A stretch of 64,000 nucleotides of DNA, taken from the NCBI GenBank assembly GCA_965153285.1, contig OZ229117.1. The stretch is one strand, 5' to 3'. Position numbers and translations under genes: made by a program. Positions 19,820 through 33,140 of this stretch are shown here, piece after piece (within the stretch, counting starts at the first letter, position 1; each line of letters starts with the position of its first letter). Source of the DNA: Podarcis tiliguerta. Lineage: Eukaryota. The notes beneath the pieces were generated by a model that saw only the letters and a list, made by a program, of their open reading frames with translations, did no database searches and had not been told where the DNA came from.

Positions 19820-19955
19820 CAGGCTTCCTCAACCTCAGCTCTTCAGATGTTTTTAGACTATAATTCCCATCATCTCTGACCACTGGTCCGGCTAGCTAGG
19901 GATCATGGGAGTTGTAGGCCAAAAACATCTGGAGGGCTGAGGTTGAGGAAGCCTG
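19820..19955. mobile_element. Palindromic hAT-type MITE
   Basis: 20-bp TIRs CAGGCTTCCTCAACCTCAGC / GCTGAGGTTGAGGAAGCCTG; near-complete foldback; 8-bp TSD CCTTACAG/CCTGACAG. Confidence 0.88.
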
Positions 19956-20207
19956 CCTGACAGCATCACCAGGCAGGGGTAGGAGAGAACCTCCCTGCCT
20001 GAAACTTGGTGAGCCATTGCTGCCAGTAACTGCAGGCAGTATTGAGCTAGATAGACCAATGGTCTGACTCTCAGGCAGCTTCCCATGTTCCAATGACAAG
20101 TGAAAATATTGCTCTTTCATTGGGTACTTGCTTAGAACACCTGCTTCATTTTGTTCTCCTTGCTGTGATTTTTGCTGGTGCTTATATTGCTCTAGCATTA
20201 GGTATTC

Positions 20208-20208
<1 letters not shown>

Positions 20209-20244
<36 letters not shown>
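20209..20244. repeat. (TAT)n microsatellite
   Basis: About 12 TAT units. Confidence 0.9.
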
Positions 20245-20246
<2 letters not shown>

Positions 20247-20419
20247 TGTTTGCTCCCCCAGACATTATTTTTGGTGATGAAATAGCAGTGGATGCTTCTT
20301 CTAATAGCCAAATGTTTGAGTGCAGTCCTGTAGTGCGGTTACTGGTGCTTGGGGAGGGAAGCAGGTACAAAAGACAAGATTTTCGGCTGCAGCAACACAG
20401 AAGGATCCCTGTTGCTGGT

Positions 20420-20850
20420 TCTTTCAAATCATGACACTTTGCTTTTTCTAGCAGCTCCTTGAATTGCCTGAATGTTCCTTTGTTGTTTGGCATCCAGTGA
20501 AATGCAGCGTCATGAGCCAATAACTCTTTCCGTGCTGTTGTGATTACTGTTGTCATGTTTGGAATAAACTTTGCTAGATCCTGGCCATTCCTAGAAATCT
20601 TTGTACATCAACCTTATTCTTTGGGCCAGGCATTCCAATGCTGGCTTTGATTTTAGTTGCATCAGGTATTAGGCCATCTTTGGTTAACCTATGTCCTCAG
20701 CATTTAATTTCTGACATGGCAAATCTGCACTTTTCATTCTGTTTCAGGTTCCTCTCCCAATACCTGTCTGGAATTGGCTTCAGGCATTCTTGCTGATGTT
20801 TACCTACTATGATGTTGTCAGTTCAACGTATGATGCCGTCATACAGGGGG
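20420..20850 (-). mobile_element. Decayed Gypsy/Ty3 LTR retrotransposon pol (RT/connection) fragment
   Basis: Minus strand translates, with stops and frameshifts, to DNIIVG..ERNLKQNEKCRFAMSEIK..GHRLTKDGLIPDATKIKA..MPGPKNKVDVQRFLGM..ELLAHDAAFHW..F.Q.KELL. Confidence 0.8.
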
Positions 20851-21247
20851 CCTCTTCAGTCATTACCATTAAGTGGCTCTTGAAAACATTTCTTGTTTTG
20901 TTTCGCCTTTTATTGACTTTCTATGTGAGTTAGTAATGTAGTTGCTTTACTATATTTAGTGGTGACTGGTCTAAACTAAATGCTCCTTTTAAAATATTTT
21001 ATTGTTTGCTAGCTTTTGTAAAGTTAATGTGTAAATGTATTAAAATAAATAAAATGGCAACTGGATCAGCCTTTGGTACCTATATGGAGCTGAAGCGATA
21101 CCAAATGGTAATTAAGAGAAAATTAATCACTAATGATCCAAATGTCCTAAATGAGAAGCATGAGAGGCAGATCCTGCAAGAAGGAAGTTTCTGATTAGTA
21201 GCCTTGAAGAGCTGCAATGACACTTGGCTGTTCTGCAATCAACAGCA

Positions 21248-21528
21248 TGAGGCAGTGTGGTGTAGTGGTTAAGAGCAGTAGACTCGTAATCTGGTGAACC
21301 GGGTTTGCATCTCCGCTCCTCCACATGCAGCTGCTGGGTGACCTTGGGCCAGTCACACTTCTCTGAAGTCTCTCAGCCTCACTCACCTCACAGAGTGTTT
21401 GTTGTGGGGGAGGAAGGGAAAGGAGAATGTTAGCTGCTTTGAGACTCCTTCGGGTAATGATAAAGTGGGATATCAAATCCAAACTCCCCTTCTTCTTCTT
21501 CTTCTTCTTCTTCTTCTTCTTCTTCTTC
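21248..21528 (+). mobile_element. tRNA-derived squamate SINE (Squam3-like) with (CTT)n tail
   Basis: Pol III A box TGGTGTAGTGG, B-box-like GGGTTTGCATCTCC, central core, 3' (TCT)n tail 21490-21528. Confidence 0.8.
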
Positions 21529-24500
21529 CTGCAGTTGCATACTGTGAGAGGAAATTTCCACCAACTAGCCATTCCTACACTTAAAAAAAGAAGAAAGGAA
21601 ATATGGACAATCTAATATGAGGGTGGTCCATTCTGACAGAGGATCTGTATTCCAGTTTTGGGGGTGGGGGTGGTTCTCTGCCTTCAAAGTTTTGGAAGAT
21701 AGGTCACTCAAGGAACTGATGGGCAAAACTTTCAGAAGCAGTGCTTTGACCATGATAATGACACCCAGTAGTTGTCCTGGTTTTTGCATAAAGTTCTTAG
21801 TTAGGGAAATATTTTGGCTATGTGGGGAACAAGCCTCTAAAATGCAGATGGTTTTAATGAGGATCCAGATACACCATCCACATTAGAAACAAATTCCAGC
21901 CAGTGGAAACTCACTATGGACTGTTATATGGAGCAGAGCAGAATTGCAGTTATGTAAACAGGGGAGAAGGAATCAAAGCAAGAGTCACAGGGACCACAGC
22001 AGAAAGGAAGAGTCCAGAACGAAGTTCAGTGGAGCACCACCCTCCCCGCTCCCTGCCAACAGCCTGTGAGTTTCTGAGGGAAGTACACATCCCTCAGTCT
22101 GACGTCTCTGCTGTGACATGGGAAATTTGTGTTTTCAAAATTATGCACACAGTGTGCCTAATTCAAGGAATGTGTTTAGCTGCACCCAAGCAACCGGCTG
22201 TGTGCAGTTTTATCCCTGACTGTGTGGAATACAGTTGTTTTTGCTATGCTGTGTGGAGCTGGAGGAGTGGCTGGGAACATGAGGTGGTTGGTGCCTGCCC
22301 TGTTCCTGGCAATTGCATAAGAATGACAGCTGAAAAAGTGGGTGACATATGTGAACAGACGCCCCTTGAAGTCATCCGAGAGCCTTCCTGTTGTTTGCTT
22401 GGCACCTGGCTGCTCCAAGGCCATGGAGGTGAAGAGGGCAGAGGCCGCTACACAACAGGCCATGCAAGAGGATGAGAATGTGAAGTCACTAACCAAACAT
22501 TGGTGATGAAATTAGCCAATATTGACTTGGCTTCAAAGGAGGGGGGGCGGGAGGGGGGTGAAAGCTCTCCACAAATGGGAGAAAGTGGTTCCTGCTGCCT
22601 TCCTTTCCCCTCCCTTCCCATTGCACAAGAGCTTGCTGCGGAGAGTCTCATAACACAAGTCATGGTAACCTTCCCCACCCATCAAAGCACTGAGTTCATT
22701 GTCCTCCATGGGGGGCCCCTGTGCAGATCTTTGGTGCTGCACAGAAATAAGGTCTCTTACTGGTGCAGCTTGACGGCAGATGGAGGAGGGAGTTTAATCC
22801 TGCTAAAAGAGAGTGAAACCCAAGCACTGCAAAGGGGAGAGAGGAATGGGGGACCACCACCCCCCGCCCTAGTCTATGAAGTGGCATCTCTTGATAAACA
22901 AACGGCTGGAGAGGCTGCTGTTGGGTCTGCAAGCAGGAACCTCCCTAGAGCCAGTCCTCATGTTTGGGGAGGAAGGAGGCGGTGGAGGCAAACCCCCAGA
23001 AAGTGAACAAAACAGCCAAAGGATGCTGTGGCGGCTGAAAGCCTGATGGGGAGGGGGGAATTCCCCAAGGTAGGCCTTGCAAAGAGCCCCTTAGACTGCA
23101 GCCCATTTGCCCCTTCAAGAGCAGAGAGGCAGCATGAGCCACACCCACTTGCCCAACTTCTGCTTCCTACAGCGGCAGCATCAGTGCCCCTGCCAAGCTG
23201 TAGGTGCCTCCCTGGTAGCCAGAAGGGGAAGGGGAGAGTTTGTGGATGCTGCTGGCTGTGCTGTGCGTAAAAAAAACTCCGAGGATGGAGGAGACTGGGT
23301 GGAGGATGGAGCCTGGGTAGGAAGGTGCCAGAGAGTCTGCTGCTGGCTTTGCACTTCTGGGGCTGAGGGAAAGGAGAGCATCTGGTATGGGTTACTGGAA
23401 GAGCTGCTGATGCATTCTGTGTGCATTGCGGGGAATCTTTCTCCCACGGTGCTAAATAGACCCCTCACCATTCTCTGTGCTCTGTCCAGGGATTCCGCCC
23501 CACAAAAGAGGTTTCAGGTGGTGTTACCCCAATAGCATGCCTGCCGCCCAGCCTTTCTGAGGGGAGCACTTTCTGGAGGCTTCTTGGGCAGCACTTGTGA
23601 GGTCCCAGATGTTTAGCAGTCCTCCCTCCTGCCTGCAGACTGCCAGCCTTATGTAACTCAGGCTATCAGTTGATGCAAAGTTGAACCAAAGGGCTCCTGC
23701 AATTGAACCTTGCAAGGTGACAGTCAGAGTCATTGCTTGCATCAACCAGGAGGGAGGGAGTGAGGGAGGGAGGCTTGCCAGGCACATTATGGAGGGGGAG
23801 AAATGTCTCAAGGCCAGCCTCGCTCTGCTGCAGCTACAGCCTGCAGAACTGGGCAGATCATCTTGGCACCAGCAAAGCTTCAGGGCGGGCAATGGGGAAA
23901 GGGGTCACAGAGCCTGACGCTTGAGGGTGAGCCTGATGGGGCCCAAGAATTGGCCTTGAGGGACAGGTGCTGACCTGGCACTGCCAGTCATCCTGTTCTC
24001 TGCCCTCAGTGTTGTTCTGGCTGTGGAAGAGACCTTGTGCCACTTGCAAAGCTGGGAGGGGGGCTCCTTGGCACAGAAACACTATTGGTGCCAGCCAGAG
24101 AAGGCAAAGCCTGTAATTAAGGGTGCCTTGCAATGCCAGTGACTATACCTTGACCAGCTATACTGACTGGTGGGCATTGTTTGCTCATGGGTGCTTTCTG
24201 AGCCAGGCTGTTCAGAAGCTACCAATTTCTTTCTCTCCCTCTAGGCCCGAGATAGATACACATCCATTAGCTGCTCAGGCTAGCTCTCCACCACCCCTCC
24301 AGGAATGAGATCTGCCTCTTTGCTGGAGATTAATGGGGTCCTCGCCAGGCAGGTACCCTTTGATCTTCAGCTGCTGGGGGTGTGGTGGGGCTGGCTGCCT
24401 GTGGTTGGAGGAGGGCGTTAGGACTGTTGTTGCTATCGGGACACCTCCTCTTCGCTTGCTTGCGTGCGTAGATGTGGGTGGGGGGGGGAACATTTGGGAC

Positions 24501-24837
24501 TCATTAGTGCTTTGCAACGTGGAGCTGGAGATGATGGGATGAATGTAGCTGATTGCATCAGGCCAAGACTGCCAGGCTAAGCCTTGGACCACTGAGGCAC
24601 TGAGGAAATTAACACACCCCTCTCCACTGTGGGCACCCAGCCTTTGCAGGCCCAATATTCTCCAGCAATGAGGGTTGCAATCTAGCTGCCCCTGGTACTG
24701 GAGGGGTGGCATACTCACTTGATCTGCCAAGGCCAGACTGGGAGGGGCCCTACCCCAATTTTGTGCTCGCACTTCACAAACGGGATCAGGGAGCTGTGGG
24801 GGTGTAGATGGCAGTCGAAGGGTTAACATGCAGGCAG

Positions 24838-25153
24838 TGTTTGCTCCAGATGTTTGGAGCTAGACTATTACTGAGCTGGTGTGTCTGTGTGTCCTGATGG
24901 GGGGGGGGAGTGCAGCCCTCCCTATCAGCCAATCATTAAAGGTCTCCAAGCTGACACCCAGTTCTTGGCTGGGAATCTGCAATGGGGCCCTGTTGTGCTC
25001 CTGCCCGCCTATCCCACATAAAAGGGCCCAGGGAAGGCTCTGATCTCCCCATTCAGCAGCTCCAGAGCAGGCAGAGCGGCCTGCCAGGTTCATCAGAGGT
25101 GCCTCGTTCGCCCACCTTTGCCACCACACAAAGCTGCAGCTGCTGCCACATAG
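24838..25153 (+). promoter_or_regulatory. Predicted TAT proximal promoter and non-coding exon 1
   Basis: FOXA-type TGTTTGC 24838; CCAAT/HNF1-like GCCAATCATTAAA 24928; TATA-like CATAAAAG 25017-25024; Inr-like CCATTC about 25051; donor AG|GTAAGA after 25153. The TAT ATG exon begins with an acceptor at 27170. Confidence 0.6.
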
Positions 25154-26201
25154 GTAAGAGGCTCCTTGAGGTGCCACCTGTAAGCCTGACGGGGTCCGAG
25201 CTGGTGTCCACGGTCCCTGGGATGGAGTCCTCTGCGGGGAACAAGCACCGCATGAAGGGCTGCAACAAAGTGGCGGAGGCAGAACTCAGGTGCTTTTCCT
25301 GGGACACCCCTGTCCCAGCACGTACACCCTCCGGAGACCAGGAGTGACCTGAGCAGACACAACAGAGAACCTGGAGGTGGACAATTGCAAAGGGACTGGC
25401 CTGGCCTCTTGGGCCAGCGGAGGCTCTGGAACAATGAACCGAGGAATTCTGGCGTCTGTGGAGAGTGGTTTTGACGTCTGTGTAGTTTGTTCCAAGAGGA
25501 GCCAGGACTTGAGGTGGCTTGGGGCGGAGGGTGCAGGCTGGCTTTATCTTGGGAGGCAGGTGGCACCACACCAGCAATCAAATTTATTGCCATATTATGA
25601 TTATTGTCTTATTCTGGGAGTAGAGAGAGGAAATGACTTTTCAGCCAGTGTGAAGAGGTTCCTTGGGCTTTTGCAGCTGGCACAGACTTCTTAGTTGTGC
25701 CCCTGGCTCTCATGTGCCCTTCTTGCCCAGGGAGCCACGAGCTGCCTCTCACTCCCCTTGCTGCTTCCTTTGCCACATCCCACCAGCTTTGCCTTCTCAG
25801 CTCTCTCCAGCTGTGCCAGATTCTTTGGAGCCAGACAGGGGGACAGAGGGAGGGAAGGGGGCAATGCAAGTCATAATCCTCCCAAGGCAAGTGCAGGGCC
25901 CCTTCCCGTCTCTCTCTCCTGGTCCAATATTTGCTGGGTTTCCCCTCAGTGTTTTACAACAACAGTGGCTGACTCAGCCCTTGGATTTTGCCCATAAGAT
26001 CCCTTGGTGGTGATACTCAGGTTCTGTTTGGGCTTCTCAAATGGCATTTGAAATTCCTGACAAATTATTCCCTTTTGTTCTTAAATTCATTTCTATAATT
26101 AATCAATTTGACTTTTAAAAAAATACCGTAATCATGGCTTAAAGACAAACAGCCTAAAGCACTTTACAAGATTTTTCATAGTAGACCAAAATTCATTTAT
26201 G

Positions 26202-26427
26202 CAGTGGTACCTCAGGTTAAGTACTTAATTCGTTCTGGAGGTCCGTTCTTAACCTGAAACCGTTCTTAACCTGAAGCACTACTTTAGCTAATGGGGCCTC
26301 CTGCTGCCGCCGCGCTGCTGGAGCCTGATTTCTGTTCTTATCCTGAAGCAAAGTTCTTAACCTGAAGCACTATTTCTGGGTTAGCAGAGTCTGTAACCTG
26401 AAGCATATGTAACCTGAGGTACCACTG
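26202..26427. mobile_element. Tc1/mariner (Tigger-like) MITE in TAT intron 1
   Basis: Perfect 18-bp TIRs CAGTGGTACCTCAGGTTA / TAACCTGAGGTACCACTG; TG/TA flanks consistent with a TA TSD; internal TTCTTAACCTGAA repeats. Confidence 0.9.
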
Positions 26428-26928
26428 TACACCCCTTTTTCAGTTCTAATAGTGCTTCAACAATACTCTCTCACTCATCCTAACAGCAACCCTGAAAGGT
26501 AGGTTGGGAGAGAATGGCTTCCCTGAGGTCACCCAGTGAGTTTATACTGGAGATGAGCTCCAAAGTGAAGAATGGGGGTGGTCCTCCCACCTCCAGCACT
26601 TAGGCACAACTAGATAAGTATGTTTTGAAAGAGAACTCGGTCAAAGCCTGCCCAACACTCACACACACAGTGGTGTCTTGTCATTCACATGCCAAGTACA
26701 TGCTGTCCCTACCTCTGTGGGAAGGAGGGCACAGAGGGAAAACACATTTCCCTCATCCAAGTTGGCCTCTGGCCCAACTGCAGTTCTTGCCCCACTCCCC
26801 ACACATCTCCACCCCCTTTCACCGGCTTCCCTGCTGTGAGGCTTGATCAGGGTCCTGCTAGGGGGATGTGCAGCTGACTTGGCTCCTCCTGAACTAAGAG
26901 CCGCCTGCTCAGGACTGGTGCTTCCACC

Positions 26929-27060
26929 CATGGGTGTAGCCAGGATTTTTGTTGGGGAGGGGCAGAATTGACATGATTGGTCAGTTAAGTATTTCTGTTG
27001 TTTTACTTGATCTGGGGGGGGGGCAGCTCCCCCCACCGCCGCCCCTTGGCTGCGCCCATG
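26929..27060. mobile_element. hAT-type MITE
   Basis: TIRs CATGGGTGTAGCCA / TGGCTGCGCCCATG; degenerate 8-bp TSD CTTCCACC/TCTCCACC. Confidence 0.7.
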
Positions 27061-27171
27061 TCTCCACCCAATTCTGCCATGGCAATGGCCTTGAGCAGAC
27101 AGCAGCCTTGAAGAGAGGATTGTGTAATCAGGGATGGCGGCCCACCTGCTCTTTGCACTTCCTTTCCAGAG

Positions 27172-28973
27172 ATGGAATCCTACCTGATCCACGTGAATGG
27201 CAAGACGTCCCCACCCTCCATCCTCGATGTCCACGTCAGCCTCAGTGGCGGGAAGGGCCCTTCTCTGGGCAAGGGGAAAAACCGCAAGGCCCACTGGGCC
27301 GTCAGGGCTTCCGAAATGTCCAAGAGGACCTTCAACCCCATCCGAGCCATTGTGGACAGCATGAAGGTGGAGCCCAACCACCAGAAGCCCCTGATCTCTC
27401 TGTCCATAGGTAAGCAGGTGGGCTATGGAGGGACCATCAGGTGGGAGCTCCTGCCAATGCCCCACCCTCAACTGACATGGATTCCCCTCATGTTTCCCCA
27501 CAGGGGACCCAACTGTGTTTGGGAACCTCCCAGTAGATGATGAGGTCATCCAAGCGATGAAGGAGGCCCTGGATTCTGGGCAGTATAATGGCTATGCCCC
27601 CTCAGTAGGTAAGTCCTGGGAGACGCTTTCAATGTATGCAGCCCCTATTTTGCTTTTGCTGCAAAGGTCTAACATGCCAACTCTTCTGGGAATCCTCTAC
27701 ACAGGTTACTTGTCTTGCCGGGAGGTGGTCGCAGGCTACTACACCTGCCCAGAAGCCCCCTTGGAAGCCCAGGTAACTGACCCTGACTGCTGCATGCATT
27801 GCCATCTGACCTTGATGCTTGATGTTGCGAAAATTAGCTTTTGCAAACCCTGGCCAGCACCTCCGCAACTCACTGTACTGGAACTGGAGCTTGCCCAGAA
27901 AGGATCCTGGGCCTGGAATCTTTATTAGGAACCCAGGAAGCTGCTTTATACTGAGTCAGACAACTGGTCCACCTAACTTGGTATTGTCCACACTGACAGG
28001 CAACATCGTCTCTCCAGGGTTTCAGGCAGGGAGTCTCTCCCAGCCTAATTTGATGCCATTGGGGATTTAACCTGGGACCTTCTGTATGCTAGCAGAGACC
28101 CACCGCCTTCATTCCAGCCTCCTGGCCAGGAATTTCGAGAAAGAGCCAGTGGAGAAACCTTTCCCTCCCACCTCCCTCCCCTTCTGTGCTTCTTCTGGGC
28201 TAGTCTTTCCTGGTGGTTGCTACCCACCAGGCTCACGGCTGCCTGCTCTGCTCCCTCTTCCTTTGCAGGATGTGATCCTGACAAGCGGCTGCAGTCAGGC
28301 CATTGAGCTGGCCCTGGCTGTGTTGGCCAACCCTGGGCAGAACATCCTGGTGCCACGGCCTGGTTTCTCCCTCTACAAAACCCTGGCTCAGTCCCTGGGC
28401 ATCGAGGTCAAATTCTACAACCTCTTGGTAAGCTGGGGCAGGAGGTGGCGCAGCATGCCCTCCCCACTGCCTGCAGAGAGGCATGACACAAGCAGGAAGA
28501 CAAGCAGGAGCTCCCTCCACAGAGCTCAGTTATAAAGAAGGGCTGCCTGTGGACCCGGGTTCAAGGCCTGGGGACCTGTTCTCCATCTCCCCTTCTTTGG
28601 ACTGGGCCCAAACCCAGGCTGGGAGGTGTTGCAGGGCTCTTGGAAGAGAAAAGGGAGGTCAGTATCCTGACCAGTTGACAGTTGCTCCAGCCGCCATCCC
28701 TTTTCACCTGCCCAGGACCTTCGGCCCACCCTGACCCCAGCAGGAAGCCTGGTCCATGGGCACCAGGCTGAGGTCCTGAAGTGGGGGCATTCCTCACCTC
28801 TTCCTCCTTTTTCTTCTCCCTGCAGCCAGAGAAATCATGGGAAATTGACCTCAAGCAAATGGAGTCGCTGGTGGATGACAAGACAGCTTGCTTGATTGTG
28901 AACAACCCATCTAACCCCTGTGGCTCCGTTTTCAGCAAAAGCCACCTCCAGAAGATCCTGGCAGGTGAGGATC

Positions 28974-29012
<39 letters not shown>

Positions 29013-32000
29013 CTATCCCAGGCCTTGCTCTGGGGAAGAAACAAGAATCAGAGGGCTGACTAGATTTCTTTCTGTCTGTCTCTCTTTTCCTGCTCAGTTG
29101 CCTCCAGGCAGTGTGTCCCCATCTTGGCCGATGAGATCTATGCTGACATGGTGAGTGAGGCCGAAGCACCCCTGGCCCCTCGGAAGGCCAAGCACAGCAG
29201 CTGGAACCCTTCTTCCCAGGAGAAGCCCCCTCCCACCTTCTGACACATGGCTGGGAAAGCAGGGAGTGGGGTGGGTCTGCCTGAGGTGGCTTGGTCTTCC
29301 CAGCTGCACTAGCATCCCCCTTACCTGCTTTACACGCCCATTAGGTATTTCCATCACTACTTACTCTGGTATTCCTCCTTCTGCACTCCCTCCCCCCCCA
29401 CTAGGTGTTTGAAGACTGCAAATACGAGTCCCTTGCAAAGCTCAGCACCAACGTGCCTATCCTCTCCTGTGGAGGCCTCGCCAAGCGGTGGCTGGTGCCT
29501 GGCTGGAGAATGGGCTGGATTCTCATACATGATCGCAGGGAGATCTTTGGGAAGGAGGTAAGTTAGCAGAACTCGGTGCTGCCCTGACTTTCTGCACCCG
29601 GTCCAGGAGCTGGTGTGATGGAGGGAAAGAGTTCATGCCCTCCAGCGCTTCACAGCCACTCTCTAAGCCTGATTCATGTAGCCTTTGTGCCCCAATGCCC
29701 ACTGTCTGTGCTAGGATGTCAAGGAGGCAGTGTCCCCTGCCTCCTAGGTCTGGTCAGTGAAAGACTGCCCAAGATGCCCCCTACTCCAAATGGGCTCTGA
29801 ACAGGAACAAGTTGGTTTGAGTAGCAGCTGATTCTTGAGGGGGCCAGGAGATCCCTCCCCCACTTCCTGTGCCCTCTACACCAGTGCGAGTTCTGCACAG
29901 GTTCCGTCCATTGCACCCATGGTAGGCTGCAGACTTTCCTTCCCACCTTCCCAGCTCTGCCTTTGGTTTGGGGGCACACTGAGCCACAAGAGGGCTCTTG
30001 CTGTGACTGCGGAACAGGTTGGGCGATTTCACTCTCTTAATCAACTTGGGGATCAGGTAGTGTCCCTCCCTACTGAGCTCTCTCTCCTCTGTGCATCTTT
30101 CAGATCAGAGACGGCCTCCTGAGGCTGAGCCAGAGGATCCTGGGCCCCTGCACAGTTGTCCAGGGAGCTCTCAGCCGCATCCTTCGCCAGACGTCCCCAG
30201 AATTCTACCACAACACCCTCAGCTTTCTCAAGGTACATCCCTTCTCTTTGAAAGGAAAGGGAGAAAAGAAATAGGAACAACAAACACATAAGCAAAACCA
30301 GGACTAGACCAAAAGAGCTATTAAAAACAGAGTGGGTGGGGAGCACCAGGGAGGGCTCATGCCTCACAAAACCCCTCTTGCTTAGCTCTCCCAACTCCTT
30401 GGAGGGCAACAGGGATGCTCCCCAGCCCATAAACATCGCTTGGGTGGTGGGAGTGGACAATGTGGCTCCTCTCACCCTGGGGAGCTGCACTGGCCTGGAG
30501 GGGGCAATGAGGTGCTCAGCACAGCCCCCACAGCCCCTCCCTGTTTTGCCCTTTGGAACTGATTGGCTCATTTAATAATCCAGCTTAGCATGAATTGGTC
30601 AGTGAAACTGTTACAGTTAAATGAATGTGCATATTAATGAAATCTCTGCATAGATTCCCTTTTGAGATTCCATTGATATGCTAGTTCAGAAGGATGCACC
30701 TCAGCTCAATGGTAGAGCAATCTGCTTTGCATGCAGAAAGTCTGAGGTTCTACACCTCCAGGCATAGCTTGGTGAGACTCTCTGTCTAAAACCCTGCAGG
30801 ACTGCTGCCTGTCAGTGCAGGCAATACTGAGCTGGATGGGCCAATGTTATAAGGCAGTTTCCTATGCTCTTGTGAACGTTAAGCGTCCCTATTTTATTTT
30901 CATCCAATGTAGTAATATATACTCTGAACTATTCCCCACCACATAGCACATCAGAGCCAAACACTGTGTCAAAAGCTTTGCTCTTTTCAGCACTGGGAAG
31001 ACCCAATATTCATGGCAGTGAGCATGGAAAGAAATGAGAGCTGTGGGATGGGGGGGGGGCACTCTGGAATGCACACACCGGGAGCACAGGGAAAATAACA
31101 CAGTGCAAGTGTGGGCACGGCTGGCAAGCAGGCCACTTTTCTGTGGTCCCATCAGTTCCCAGGGTGGGCAGGTTTTAATTCATCAACAATGTACCCTTTT
31201 AAGCCTTTATCCATGGTGAACGTGTTGGGTGGTCCCAGTGGGGACCCTGGGATGCTTGTGCCTGCAATCTGACCTGACTCCTCCTTCCTCCTTCCCTTTG
31301 CAGTCCAATGCTGACCTCTGCTATGATGCCCTTTCCACTGTCTGCGGCTTGCAGCCTGTCCGGCCGTCAGGGGCCATGTACCTCATGGTGAGTGGCTTCC
31401 TGTCACTTGCAGAGCTTTGCCCCTGCGATGGGCAAATGCCAGGCAGATCATCCCTAACTCTGTGTTTCCTCCTCTTCCTTGCTGCAGGTGGGCATTCAGA
31501 TGGAACACTTTCCAGAGTTTGAGAATGATGTGGAGTTCACAGAGAGGCTCATTGCTGAGCAGTCTGTCTTCTGTCTGCCGGCCACGGTGAGCATCTTTAT
31601 TTGCAAGAGAGTTATGGGAGGCCCTGGGAGTTACTGGTGCCCCGGGAGCTGTACTTGGCAGAGAAGAGGTACTCGGCTCGGCTCCACTTTCCTTGGGCCT
31701 CTGCTGCTCAGCTGGCCCCCACCTGCCTTTCCTCTCCTTTAGCTAGTCTTTCTTCTAGATGCTTGTGATTCGCAAGGCACTCCCACCATGCATGGCATGA
31801 GGGGACATTGCTTGCATTTCACAATCTCAGTGCCAGCTGGCTCAGCACCCACACCCCTGGCTGCTGAACAATGGCACCTTGTGAGGTGCCATGAGGCTCC
31901 CTTCCCTAGATCCCCAGCCGCTTGCTCCCTCCTGCTACGTGGGCCTTGGAGAACGGCCATTGCACTTGCCGGCAGCACCATTCCTTGGGACAAGCCTGCT

Positions 32001-32653
32001 GGATCAGGCCAATTGCCCATCTGGTCCTGCATCCTGTTCTCACAGTGGCTGACCAGAAGTCCGTGAGAAACTGACAAGCTGGTTTCTCTGTACTCCTTGA
32101 GTGGAACAACAAGCAAGGCAGAGACCCACCACAGGTGCTGTCACCACGTTGCTTGCCCTTGGTCGACTCTACACTGACTAGCAGCAGCTCTCCCAAATCT
32201 CGCTTGGAGAGAGAGTCCCCTTGCCCAGACTTTTCCATTGGGAAATTCAGGGAGATCAGCCAGGAATATTCTGCATGCAAAGCAGGAGGTGTTGACCCTC
32301 CCCTTAACATGCCCACCCCAAACTCCTTCACATTTATCCTACCCGGTCTTGGTGTCAGAGTCTGGTGTGTGCAGGATTTCCAAGGCACCAGAGATGGTGC
32401 TTCGAGGCTCTCGCACCACTCCTTAGGGAGTCAGCCTTGGAAAGGATCCACATGCTGGCTCCTGGCCCCTGATGCCATCTCAATGGTCCTCTTCTGCTTC
32501 TTCCGACAGTGTTTTGAGTACCCCAACTTCTTCCGTGTGGTGATCACAGTGCCCGAGGAGATGATGGTGGAGGCCTGTCGGCGCATTCAGCAATTCTGCG
32601 AGAGGCACTACGAAGGCGGCGAAGGATCCCAGGACCTGGAATGTGACAAGTAG
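27172..32653 (+). CDS. TAT: Tyrosine aminotransferase, about 456 aa
   Basis: 11 coding exons: 27172-27409, 27504-27608, 27705-27772, 28269-28427, 28826-28964, 29098-29150, 29405-29557, 30104-30232, 31304-31387, 31488-31586, 32510-32653. Motifs [27 protein letters not shown] lysine in [16 protein letters not shown]; ends ECDK*. Confidence 0.98.
28977..29010. repeat. (GT)n microsatellite
   Basis: About 17 GT units just inside a TAT intron. Confidence 0.9.
30696..30870 (+). mobile_element. Old tRNA-derived SINE; related copies near 27925-28100, 34960-35150 and 55210-55365 on -
   Basis: AGCTCAATGGTAGAGC A-box head, GGTTCTACACC B-box-like, shared body ..CTGCTGCCTGTCAGTG..ACTGAGCT..AAGGCAGTTTCCTATG. 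Confidence 0.6.
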
Positions 32654-33134
32654 CTGAGGGTCCCTGCCTGCCCACCCGCCCTCCTGCCTGCCTGCCTCCA
32701 CTCCTCCTGCAGGGAGTTGGGCTCACAGGGCCTGTGCCTCGCCAGCCCCTGTCCACTGGCTCAACACCACTTCTGTGTGCCACAGCCTCTGAAGCCCCCG
32801 CACAACCATGACACTTGCCTGGAAGTAGATCCCCACAGAGACACTCCTCCCCTGCAGGCCCCCTCCTGCCTGTGCCCAGGGCAGCCAAAGGACTCCAGCA
32901 GGCGCTCCTGGCTCTGGGTGCTCCTGGCAGCCTCTGCAGTGGTGTGATGCTGCTGGAGCCTCCCAGATGCCCTTGAGAAAGACCTGCCAGCACCCCTCCC
33001 AACCTGTCCTTCTGCAGAGACTGTGCTGAGTCCTGGGCTGGCACAGGCCACCGTGGGCACCCGTCTCCCCCTTTCCCCCACCCATGTCCTCCTGTGCCTG
33101 TTTGACGTTCATAAGTTATTATACCTTTTGTATG

Positions 33135-33140
33135 AATAAA
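33135..33140 (+). terminator. TAT polyadenylation signal
   Basis: AATAAA about 480 nt after the stop, with upstream TGTA and downstream GT/T-rich sequence. Confidence 0.7.

Noticed and set aside
21248-21320. tRNA-like sequence
   Set aside because: Head of a SINE; no intact cloverleaf and it continues into SINE body and tail.
23985-23999. GRE-like CAGTCAtccTGTTCT upstream of TAT
   Set aside because: The left half-site lacks the critical G; such matches are expected by chance.
21900-25900. Many 100-190 aa ORFs upstream of TAT
   Set aside because: Mostly non-ATG starts, no domain similarity and no splice-consistent structure.
26659-27549. 296-aa ORF antisense to TAT
   Set aside because: Shadow of TAT exons plus a MITE; no recognisable protein.
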